Shown in pieces: positions 18,309-25,837 of a DNA stretch of 31,027 nt (position 1 is its first letter; the number at the start of each line of letters is the position of its first letter). Location: positions 1 through 31,027 of IMG/VR virus record IMGVR_UViG_3300043185_000016. One strand, written 5' to 3'. The position numbers and the translations under genes were made by a program. This stretch comes from a virus (Duplodnaviria; Caudoviricetes). The notes under the pieces are model-generated. The model did no database searches, was not told where the DNA came from, and saw only the letters and a program-made list of their open reading frames with translations.

Positions 18309-18758
18309 ATGACCGTACGATGGCTCTTTCTGCTGGCGCTCGCGCTGCCCTCCGCGGCGTGGGCCGCTTGGGTGACGCCGACGGCCGCGACGTGCAATCG
18401 GCCGATGAAGAGCGGGAACGTCTGCTGGTGGGACTCGACCAGCGCCTCGACGGCAACGGATCTGCTGCCGCTCGCCTGTCCCTTCGCCTCCGTTCACTTC
18501 GATCCGCAGGTGGCCGGGACCGGCACAGGTGCCGAGGTGGATATCTACCGCTGCACCGCCGCATCGGCCTCGACCAGCTCTTGCGAGCCGGTGGATGTGG
18601 ACCGCGACGGGGACGGCCTCGGTGATGCGCTCACGCTCACCGGGGATTCGAGTGTGCTGCGGGCCGGGTATCAGGAGCTTCAAGCGGCGTACATCTACGC
18701 GCAGCCGACGGCTAACCCGAGCTCGCACAACTGGCGTGTCCAGGTGACGTGCCACTAG
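18309..18758 (+). CDS. Secreted-type Cys-rich protein with DxDxDG motif
   Basis: MTVRWLFLLALALPSAAWA signal peptide (AxA), 6 Cys, DVDRDGDGLGD; GGGAG RBS. Confidence 0.75.
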   Translation: MTVRWLFLLALALPSAAWAAWVTPTAATCNRPMKSGNVCWWDSTSASTATDLLPLACPFASVHFDPQVAGTGTGAEVDIYRCTAASASTSSCEPVDVDRDGDGLGDALTLTGDSSVLRAGYQELQAAYIYAQPTANPSSHNWRVQVTCH

Positions 18759-18766
18759 GGGCCTCC

Positions 18767-21550
18767 ATGCTTCGCATCCTCCTCGCTCTTCTCTTCGTGC
18801 TCGCGCTGCCGACGGGGGCGCTGGCCGAGACGTGCAACTGCACCGCCCCCGGCGGGTTCTGGCAGGACAGCGGCGGCACGATCGCATGGACGGGTTCGCC
18901 ATGTACCGCAGACGCGACCGATGACTTCGTGATCGGGTCCGGCTGCACGGCCACGGTGAACAATCTGCTGGCGCTCTCCAATACGACGGGTTCCGTGACG
19001 GTAAACAGCGGTGGCGCGCTCACGGTATCGACAACGGCGGCGGGTGCGGCAGGTCGAATGCTCATCCAGCCGAACGGCATCACCGTGGCGACGGGCGGCG
19101 ACCTGACGCTCGAAGGGCGCTTCCGTCCTGCGGGCAACATCACAACGCCTACCGACGATCTTGTCACCGCCGCAAATCTCACCGAGGATTACATTTGGCG
19201 TGTTCCAGAGATGATTCTCTGCCCTGGAAACAACGGGACGGCATGGCTCGAAGACTGCGTTGCTAGCCAGGCAACACCTGGCTCATCGTGTCAGGTCATG
19301 TTCTTCTGGCGCACGGATCTTTACCGTGGAGCCACTGGTGGACCTGATCCGCTAATCGACGAGGCGATCGACGCGATTGACGATCCGAACGCAATCGACC
19401 TGACGACGAACAACTTCGTCGTCTTCAAGCGCCCCGGCTCGGACTTCATGGACATGTCTTATGACGACGGGCAGTGGTACGAGATCGTTGACACGGGCCT
19501 GGCAGCGGATGCAGATGGGGACGGCGGGAACTGGATCATCATCAACACATGCCAGCAGCACCCGCTCAAGAAGAAGACCTACAGTGCTGGAATCGTGCCG
19601 GCACTGGAATCCTATCGTCAGATCGCGCGTGGGGTTCTCGGAGCGCGACGTGTCGGCGATACGGTTGCGACGTGGACCCGCACGAACGATGCGCAGAATG
19701 GGATCGGGCTCGACCCGAATTCTGCGCTCAATGGCGGGTACATGTACCTGAACACGACGACGAGCGGCGCTAACCCGATCTTCCCTGTACCGTATCTTCT
19801 GGGATTCAACTGTACCGCAGGAACGTGTAGCGCGATCGGTACCGCAGAGACGCTTCGTTTCGCTTCACTCTCTGGCCTTCAGGCCGCCGTGACGGCCAGC
19901 GACGTTGCGCACCTGGCGCGGTTCGGGATGAAGTCAGGCGACCCTTTCGTTGTCGTCAAGCCTGCTATCGTGGTGTCGGCATCGACCACAGAGACGAGCT
20001 ACGGCAAGGTGCAGACGGCGGATGGCCTCACGGCGAGCGGGGCTCTCTTCGATCAGGTGGCATCCGTAACCTCGCGGTTATCGACGGCCACCACGACACT
20101 CAACATCGTCGCGGTACGTGAGGCCGAAGGCAATGATGGAGGGACGGCCAATTCCTCTATCGAGCTGAATGGAACGATCAACATTGACTATCTGAATGTC
20201 ACGGGCAACAACTCAGCGGGATCGACGCACGGTTTCGAGCTGGCAGACCCTGGGGCACAGTGCGCGGCTGGTGCCTGCGCATGGACGATCGACATTCAGG
20301 ACTTGTCCTTCAGATATATGTCTGATGATGCCTTCGGTGAGGATAGTGCTGAGGGCGATGCCACCGGCGTGCTCAAGCGCGTCTCGTGCGACAGCGGTAC
20401 GAACGAGGACGACTCAAGTGCTCAGTGCGTGGCACTCGGTGATGCTGGTGGCGTGGATGTGGACGGGGTGGTCTGTCGGGGTTGCATTGACGGGAATGAT
20501 GGAACGGTAATTCAGACCGCCGGTGGAGGCTACTCATTCAAAGACATCGTGTCGATCGGTAGCCGTCAGCCAATCTTCGGCGTAAATGCTAGCTGGCCGC
20601 TAGATGTGGTTGGATTCGTCGGCATCGGGAACCTTCAGGCGCTCACGGTCCACGGCGAGGAATTCCGCACCTTCTACAACTGGGTCTGGCGACACAACTT
20701 CTCTGCCAACGTGTCGAATTCGGACATTACGCTAGATCCCGTCGAAGATGCGACGAAGCCATACCACTGGAAGAACGGCGTGATCTATGCGAACGACGGG
20801 GCGGGTGGGTTGCCGTGGATCGACGTCATGGATGCTGACGCACCTGCGCTCACGTCGTTGATCGAGAACGTCCTTGTGCTCGACAACGAGATCGTCGCGT
20901 CGCCTCAGACTTCACTAATCGACTGCATGTATAACGGCAGTGATGACTTCATCAGATGCGGCCTAAAGCGCGTGACGATCGCGTACTCGCCACGCTGGAA
21001 CGATCTCAACGCACCTGGAGCTAACAGTCCAGTCCAACTATTTGATCTGACCAATTCCTCTGCTGACAATTTACGCAACACCGTGGACGGGCTTCTCATC
21101 ACAGGGTATCGCGGAACCACAGCGGTAACGGATGATGCAGCGATCGGCCTGTCTGACGGAGCCAGCGAGACGGATTGGCTCAATGGTCCGTGTCTGTTCG
21201 ACAACCGCAAAGACAACGATGCAGGCGGAGCAACGGTATTCAATGGAGACTTTGAGAGCGAAGATGCTGACTCCGATGGGAACGCTCTCAGCGCGACAGA
21301 GGAGCCGAGCATTGTCCGCTTCCGTAATCTGAACCTTAAGAATCCAGATCGGCAGGACTTCACGCCGATCCCCGGTGGGCTTGCGGATACGACTGGCTGC
21401 GGGATTCGAGGTGGCCGAGCGGCACCTGGGATTCATGTATTGACGTGGGGACTCGCAAAGGTGGGTCTCGGACCGGAGAATGCCGCGAATCTATCGAGCT
21501 TCTTCGGCGGTGGCGGCGGCGGCTCGCGCACCGGCCCCCGGGCGTTCTGA
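18767..21550 (+). CDS. Large secreted-type beta-helix/G8-like protein in tail-fibre position
   Basis: MLRILLALLFVLALPTGALA signal peptide; G/T/N/D-rich beta repeats, many paired Cys; visibly lower GC after about 19150. Confidence 0.75.
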   Translation: MLRILLALLFVLALPTGALAETCNCTAPGGFWQDSGGTIAWTGSPCTADATDDFVIGSGCTATVNNLLALSNTTGSVTVNSGGALTVSTTAAGAAGRMLIQPNGITVATGGDLTLEGRFRPAGNITTPTDDLVTAANLTEDYIWRVPEMILCPGNNGTAWLEDCVASQATPGSSCQVMFFWRTDLYRGATGGPDPLIDEAIDAIDDPNAIDLTTNNFVVFKRPGSDFMDMSYDDGQWYEIVDTGLAADADGDGGNWIIINTCQQHPLKKKTYSAGIVPALESYRQIARGVLGARRVGDTVATWTRTNDAQNGIGLDPNSALNGGYMYLNTTTSGANPIFPVPYLLGFNCTAGTCSAIGTAETLRFASLSGLQAAVTASDVAHLARFGMKSGDPFVVVKPAIVVSASTTETSYGKVQTADGLTASGALFDQVASVTSRLSTATTTLNIVAVREAEGNDGGTANSSIELNGTINIDYLNVTGNNSAGSTHGFELADPGAQCAAGACAWTIDIQDLSFRYMSDDAFGEDSAEGDATGVLKRVSCDSGTNEDDSSAQCVALGDAGGVDVDGVVCRGCIDGNDGTVIQTAGGGYSFKDIVSIGSRQPIFGVNASWPLDVVGFVGIGNLQALTVHGEEFRTFYNWVWRHNFSANVSNSDITLDPVEDATKPYHWKNGVIYANDGAGGLPWIDVMDADAPALTSLIENVLVLDNEIVASPQTSLIDCMYNGSDDFIRCGLKRVTIAYSPRWNDLNAPGANSPVQLFDLTNSSADNLRNTVDGLLITGYRGTTAVTDDAAIGLSDGASETDWLNGPCLFDNRKDNDAGGATVFNGDFESEDADSDGNALSATEEPSIVRFRNLNLKNPDRQDFTPIPGGLADTTGCGIRGGRAAPGIHVLTWGLAKVGLGPENAANLSSFFGGGGGGSRTGPRAF

Positions 21551-21551
21551 T

Positions 21552-21595
21552 CCCACGCAGCCCCGACTGCGAGGCGACGATGCGGGGGGCGTGGG
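21552..21595. repeat. Intergenic hairpin before lysis region
   Basis: CCCACGC..CCCCG / CGGGG..GCGTGGG. Confidence 0.45.
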
Positions 21596-21608
21596 TGCTG
21601 AGGCTTGG

Positions 21609-21932
21609 ATGGCGGGATGGATGAACGGAAACGGGAAGCTCTGGCAAATGCTGGTCGGCGTGTCGGTGGGCGCGGTGCTCGCGCTCGGCGGCTGGACGCT
21701 CGCGATCTCACAGCGGGTGACCGCGGTGGAGACGAACAGCAACGCGCACGCGGGGCGGCTCGAGGCTCTCGAGAGCGGGCGCACCACGCCGATGAGCGCC
21801 GAGGCGCGGGCCGAGTTCGTGAACGTGCGCCGTGACCTGGCCGAGTTGCAGGAGTCGATCCGCACGCTATCGAACGGGCAGAGCGCGATCATGAGCCGGC
21901 TGCTCGACATGGGCGGGGAGAGGAAGCGATGA
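21609..21932 (+). CDS. Single-TM coiled-coil membrane protein (lysis region)
   Basis: TM LWQMLVGVSVGAVLALGGWTLAI followed by heptad-rich segment. Confidence 0.7.
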   Translation: MAGWMNGNGKLWQMLVGVSVGAVLALGGWTLAISQRVTAVETNSNAHAGRLEALESGRTTPMSAEARAEFVNVRRDLAELQESIRTLSNGQSAIMSRLLDMGGERKR

Positions 21933-22123
21933 GCGACAAGGGCTGGGACGCGCTGGTGAAGATCGTGCTCGCCGTCGTGGGTGTGCTCTCGCTCTGGCTC
22001 GGGCAGCGCAACGCGCAACAGGCCGAGGTTCGCGCGGCCAACACCGAAGTGTGGGTCGACTCGCTCGAGACCGAGCTGCGGGCCGAGCAGTTCGCAATAG
22101 ACGTGCTGGAGGCGCAGGAGTGA
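21929..22123 (+). CDS. Small single-TM protein (lysis region)
   Basis: ALVKIVLAVVGVLSLWLG TM; ATGA overlap; GAGG RBS. Confidence 0.7.
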   Translation: MSDKGWDALVKIVLAVVGVLSLWLGQRNAQQAEVRAANTEVWVDSLETELRAEQFAIDVLEAQE

Positions 22124-22512
22124 ATGACCAGTATTTCTCCGTCAAGGAGCTGTCCTGCCACCACTGCGGGGTGATGCCGTGGGGGGATGCAGCGATCGAA
22201 CGGCTGAACGAGTTTCGCCGTGCCTTCGGGGAGCCCATGATCGTCAGCTCGGGCTATCGGTGCCCGGAGCACAACGCCGCCGTGTCTCACACCGGGCGCG
22301 ACGGCCCGCATACGGTGGCCGACGGCGACTCGATCTGCGTCGATGTGCTCGTCTCGGGTGATGCTGCGCGGCGGCTCCTCTATTGCGCGCTGGAGCGCAA
22401 GGTTCCAGGCATCGGCGTGCATCAGCGCGGGAAGGTTTCGCAGCGGTTCGTGCATCTCGACTGGACGCCTGCGGCAACAAGCAGGCCCAGGCCGTGGATC
22501 TGGAGCTATTGA
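22120..22512 (+). CDS. Endolysin, peptidase M15A family
   Basis: YFSVKELSCHHCG, IVSSGYRCPEHNAAV, GPH..CVDV, GIG, FVHLD zinc-peptidase motifs; GTGA overlap start. Confidence 0.92.
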   Translation: MNDQYFSVKELSCHHCGVMPWGDAAIERLNEFRRAFGEPMIVSSGYRCPEHNAAVSHTGRDGPHTVADGDSICVDVLVSGDAARRLLYCALERKVPGIGVHQRGKVSQRFVHLDWTPAATSRPRPWIWSY

Positions 22513-22551
22513 TAGCCGCGCTCTTTCGCAGCGCCGGCACGGAGGGGAAGG

Positions 22552-23007
22552 ATGTCTAGGCTCATCGTGGTTCTGCTCCTCGTGGCTCTGCCCTCGCTCG
22601 CGCTCGCGGGCGGCAAGCCCGCCCCGAAGGCCAAGGCGTCGGCGGCTGCCAAGGCGAGTGCTGTGGGCGTGGGCCAGGTCGCGGTCGAAGGCGACGACGT
22701 GGACGTGCCGCCCGGCGTCTCCTCCTTCGCCTTCGGCGAGTGCTCGACGGTGGGCACCGCCGGCTGGAGCAGCTTCGGCGCTGGGGTGGGCGGGCAGAAC
22801 AAGCTCTGCGAGCTGGTGATGGCGATGAAGGTGATGGAGGCGACGGGGATGCACCGGGTGCCCTGCGACCCGAAGGCCACCAGCGTCTGCGCCTACTCGC
22901 CCGAGTACCTCACGCTCGCCCGCAAGGCGCAGGACGTGGCGACGGCGCGCACGGGCGGGCTCTACGAGTGGCTGCGCAAGGTGCCCATCCTCGCGTGGTT
23001 CCTGTAG
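22552..23007 (+). CDS. Signal-peptide protein with 4 Cys downstream of endolysin
   Basis: MSRLIVVLLLVALPSLALA signal; CSTVGTAGWSSFGAGVGGQNKLCE; hydrophobic C-terminus. Confidence 0.7.
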   Translation: MSRLIVVLLLVALPSLALAGGKPAPKAKASAAAKASAVGVGQVAVEGDDVDVPPGVSSFAFGECSTVGTAGWSSFGAGVGGQNKLCELVMAMKVMEATGMHRVPCDPKATSVCAYSPEYLTLARKAQDVATARTGGLYEWLRKVPILAWFL

Positions 23008-23208
23008 ATGGCTTCACCCATCGGCGAGCGCATCTTCTGGGGGCTGCTGCGCATCCCGCTAGCACCTCTGCTGCTGCTCGACTGGTGGACGCACCGCAAG
23101 GATCCAACGAGGTGCGTCGCGTCGGGCTGCGGTCTGCGCGCGGACGTGGGCGACCTGTGCCAGTTTCACTTCGATGAGCGGCGAGAGCCGCAGGAGGACC
23201 AGACGTGA
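23008..23208 (+). CDS. Small membrane protein with Cys/His cluster
   Basis: Hydrophobic N-half, then CVASGC....LCQFH. Confidence 0.55.
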   Translation: MASPIGERIFWGLLRIPLAPLLLLDWWTHRKDPTRCVASGCGLRADVGDLCQFHFDERREPQEDQT

Positions 23209-23402
23209 AGAACTTCGCATCCAGCCTCACGATGTGGGGAGCGGCGCTGCTCGCGGCGCTCCAGGTCGCGGAGACGAGTGGCGCGGTGCCGCCCGGCTCC
23301 GGTGAGGCAATCACCAGCCTCGGGCAGGCGATCGGCCTGATCCTCGTCGTCGTCGGACGCTGGCGTGCCTCGACACCGCTCACGCTGGGGCCGTCCAAGT
23401 AG
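23205..23402 (+). CDS. Putative holin (2 TM)
   Basis: KNFASSLTMWGAALLA...IGLILVVVGRWRASTPL pattern of small phage holins; GGAGG RBS. Confidence 0.7.
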   Translation: MKNFASSLTMWGAALLAALQVAETSGAVPPGSGEAITSLGQAIGLILVVVGRWRASTPLTLGPSK

Positions 23403-23409
23403 CGCCGGG

Positions 23410-23652
23410 ATGCCGGGCCCCGGCTGGCCCCGCATCGTCGGCTACGTCGGTCCTCTCGCGGCCGAGCTCGTCCTGCCCCTCGCGGAGCAGGCGCGCGTGA
23501 TCCCCGAGATCATGGCCGAGATCCAGGCCCGCATGTGCGCGGCCGGCGCGAACCGCATCGTGAATCTGTCGATCGACATGGACCCGTTCGTCCCGGGCGA
23601 CCGCCTGCGCGCCACGGCGATCTGCACCGCAGCGATCCTGCAAGGAGGGTGA
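23410..23652 (+). CDS. Hypothetical protein
   Basis: 80 aa ORF filling the operon with consistent codon usage. Confidence 0.55.
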   Translation: MPGPGWPRIVGYVGPLAAELVLPLAEQARVIPEIMAEIQARMCAAGANRIVNLSIDMDPFVPGDRLRATAICTAAILQGG

Positions 23653-23653
23653 G

Positions 23654-23710
23654 ATGAAGGGCAAGAAGAAGGGCAAGGGCGGCAAGCCCAAGCGCCCGAT
23701 GGGCTACTAG
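23654..23710 (+). CDS. Lys/Gly-rich micropeptide MKGKKKGKGGKPKRPMGY
   Basis: GGAGG RBS, ATG two nt after upstream stop; below ORF-track cutoff. Confidence 0.5.
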   Translation: MKGKKKGKGGKPKRPMGY

Positions 23711-23713
23711 CCC

Positions 23714-23752
23714 AAGAAGGAAACGCCCCGGGCCGACCATCGACTCGGGGCG
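23714..23752 (-). terminator. Putative intrinsic terminator for leftward transcription
   Basis: Minus strand CGCCCCGAGTCGA-TGG-TCGGCCCGGGGCG stem followed by TTTCCTTCTT. Confidence 0.5.
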
Positions 23753-23791
23753 CTACCAGGAATAGAAGAACAGTTCGAGAAGGAGCATAGC

Positions 23792-24232
23792 ATGGACGCG
23801 CTGCTCCTGACCATCCTGCTCTTGCACGAGCCTACGACAGATGCGGACGGATTCCTCCTCCGCGACCTCGCCGCCTGCCACGCCACCCTCGCCTCCGAGA
23901 GCGGCTCGAGCGAGCGCACGCTCCCGGCCTCGAGCCCGCAGGGAGGCAGTGTCCACGAGCTCGACGTGGACGCATGGCGCTCGGCAGACGAGCGGCTCGA
24001 GGTCAGCGCCTGGTGCGAGGACGAGACGGGCAACACGGGCCCGGTGGCGGTCCACGTCGTCGACTTCACGCGCCCCCGCCCGGCGGACTCGAGCACGCTC
24101 GCCATGCTGAAGTCCTGCTTCGGCCGGCGGGTCGAAGAGGAGAGGTGCTGGCGGGCGGATCTGCAGCCGGGCGGTGCGGTGATCGACTCGGCCGACCTGG
24201 CGGCGCTCAAGCGGGCGTTTGGGGCTTCGTGA
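23792..24232 (+). CDS. Fn3-like plus dockerin/EF-hand-like protein
   Basis: AAGGAG RBS; EPTTDADGFLLRDLA and VSAWCEDETGNTG resemble Fn3 motifs; ADLQPGGAVIDSADLAALKRAFG resembles a dockerin repeat. Confidence 0.6.
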   Translation: MDALLLTILLLHEPTTDADGFLLRDLAACHATLASESGSSERTLPASSPQGGSVHELDVDAWRSADERLEVSAWCEDETGNTGPVAVHVVDFTRPRPADSSTLAMLKSCFGRRVEEERCWRADLQPGGAVIDSADLAALKRAFGAS

Positions 24233-24434
24233 TCTGCGTCCATTCGATCGAGTAGCCCTTGCGGCGCAGGGCCTCGATGGGGTCGTGGAGGTGGCGGTAG
24301 CGGCGCAGGATCGGCGCGCAGGCGGTGATCTTGCCGTCCTCGATGGTCATGCCGGCGCAGACGGTGCCTCTGGTGGCGCGGTAGAAGCCGTCTGGCGAGT
24401 GGACGCGGACGGGGGTGCGGGCGATACGGGTCAT
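24207..24434 (-). CDS. Small phage hypothetical protein
   Basis: AGGAG RBS; VCAGMTIEDGKITACAPILR. Confidence 0.65.
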   Translation of the reverse strand: MTRIARTPVRVHSPDGFYRATRGTVCAGMTIEDGKITACAPILRRYRHLHDPIEALRRKGYSIEWTQITKPQTPA

Positions 24435-24453
24435 GGATGCTCCTGTTGGATTG

Positions 24454-24511
24454 GCCCGGCTCCCGGCGCTGACTGCGCCACCGGGGGCCGGGCGCTCGCC
24501 ACCGTGGCGAG
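24454..24511. repeat. Two tandem intergenic hairpins
   Basis: GCCCGGCTCCCGG/CCGGGGGCCGGGC (24454-24493) and CTCGCCAC/GTGGCGAG (24495-24511). Confidence 0.5.
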
Positions 24512-24514
24512 GAA

Positions 24515-25408
24515 TCAGAACAGATCGCCCTGCTTGTCGATCGCTTCGAGATGCCCGACAGCCTGCCGCCAGTACGACTCTTTCAGTTCGATTCCGATGA
24601 AGCGCCTCCCGAGCTTGAGCGCGCCGTATCCCTCGCTGCCGATTCCCATGAACGGCGAGAGCACGGTGTCGCCGGCGTTGCTCCAGAGCGCAACTGCGCG
24701 CTCGATCAGGTCAAGAGGCATCGGGCAGATGTGCTTCTCGTCTCCCGGGTCACGGTCGGCGTTGAGCACGTCGGTTTCCTTCATCCCGGTCCAAACGGGA
24801 GAGGCCCACTCCTGCCAGCGATCGAGCGGAAAGCTATCCGGTGTGTGCGTGACCGGCTCGACAGCATCGCCTTCCTTGGCCCACTTGCGGAACAGCACGA
24901 GATATTCTGGGAGCCCCTGGCGGCTGTAGCTGCTGTCCGCTCGCAATTGCTTGTACAGCAACCCGCGCGCCTTGGTCTTCGTCATCTCGCGCACCGGGCA
25001 GCGCCAGATCGTCACGCGCGAGTGGAAGTCGAAGCCGGCGCCGACGTGTGAGCGGATGAGTGCTCCAGGGAAGTCGCGAAGCCCCGATGTGCCGCGCTGG
25101 TTCTGGTAGTAGACGAGATCCTTGCAGTGGACAGCGACAAGTCGGCCGGGCCGCATCACGCGGTATAGCTCGCTGACCAGGTAGCCGTAGTGCCTCAGGA
25201 ATTCCGCGTCGTCGGCGCTGTTGCCCATGTCGGCCGCCGAGTCGCTATAGATGTAGAGGTTCGCGAACGGCGGCGAGTAGACCGAGAAGCCGACCGAAGC
25301 GTCCGGGAGCTGGCGCAGCACGTCCACGGCGTCGCCGTGGTAAGCCGCGAAGCGCCCCCCATGGGCATCGCCAAGGCAGCGGATTCCCTCGTGATTCCGC
25401 CCCTTCAC
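24515..25408 (-). CDS. DNA amino-methyltransferase (N4C/N6A, beta class)
   Basis: Motif IV VYSPPF precedes motif I LSPFMGIGSEG; DEKHICP; IGIELKESY; start at GTG 25408 uncertain. Confidence 0.92.
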   Translation of the reverse strand: MKGRNHEGIRCLGDAHGGRFAAYHGDAVDVLRQLPDASVGFSVYSPPFANLYIYSDSAADMGNSADDAEFLRHYGYLVSELYRVMRPGRLVAVHCKDLVYYQNQRGTSGLRDFPGALIRSHVGAGFDFHSRVTIWRCPVREMTKTKARGLLYKQLRADSSYSRQGLPEYLVLFRKWAKEGDAVEPVTHTPDSFPLDRWQEWASPVWTGMKETDVLNADRDPGDEKHICPMPLDLIERAVALWSNAGDTVLSPFMGIGSEGYGALKLGRRFIGIELKESYWRQAVGHLEAIDKQGDLF

Positions 25409-25424
25409 TGGCGCCCCCCATTCT

Positions 25425-25457
25425 CCCCATTGACAATGGATTGCATATGGGGATAAT
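25425..25457 (+). promoter_or_regulatory. Sigma70 promoter with overlapping palindromic operator
   Basis: TTGACA (25430-25435)-N16-GATAAT (25452-25457); CCATTG-A-CAATGG palindrome 25427-25439; CCCCAT/ATGGGG outer repeat. Confidence 0.75.
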
Positions 25458-25476
25458 TGAGGCATCGGAGGACACC

Positions 25477-25680
25477 ATGCAAGCCCGATTCGACCTGATC
25501 GTCAGCAACGCCGAAGGCACCGACCCGCAGACCACGGAAGCGATCGACCTCGGCGAGTTCTACGCGGCGAACGATCTCGACCCCGAAGACGTGAACGCAA
25601 TCGGCGCGCTCGCGGTCGGCGAAGAGCATCGGATGGGCGGCGGTGCTGCCCCTATCTTCGCTATCCGCCGTGCCGAGTAA
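25477..25680 (+). CDS. Small acidic hypothetical protein (67 aa)
   Basis: GGAGG RBS at 25467-25471; 13 D/E versus 4 R and no K. Confidence 0.75.
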   Translation: MQARFDLIVSNAEGTDPQTTEAIDLGEFYAANDLDPEDVNAIGALAVGEEHRMGGGAAPIFAIRRAE

Positions 25681-25837
25681 GCCGGGCCGTCCGCCGCGCC
25701 ACCCATCCGGGAGAGGCGCGAACGTGTCGCTTTGGCTCGCGCCGGCAGAGGCGGAGAAGTTGCGCCGGGTCGCGACTGCGCGCGGAGTGTCGGTGTCGCG
25801 GCTCGTCGCCGATTGGATCAAGCGCCTCATCGGCTAG
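25670..25837 (+). CDS. Ribbon-helix-helix (CopG-like) DNA-binding protein
   Basis: GRPP, ANVSLWL strand, AEAEKLRRVATARGVSVSRLVADWI helices. Confidence 0.8.
   Translation: MPSKPGRPPRHPSGRGANVSLWLAPAEAEKLRRVATARGVSVSRLVADWIKRLIG

Noticed and set aside
1129-18397. Long antisense and alternative-frame ORFs (for example 1129..2235, 3754..4923, 6408..7892, 10524..12671, 16358..18397)
   Set aside because: Shadows of high-GC3 coding genes; Arg/Ala/Pro-rich or antisense-typical with no motifs.
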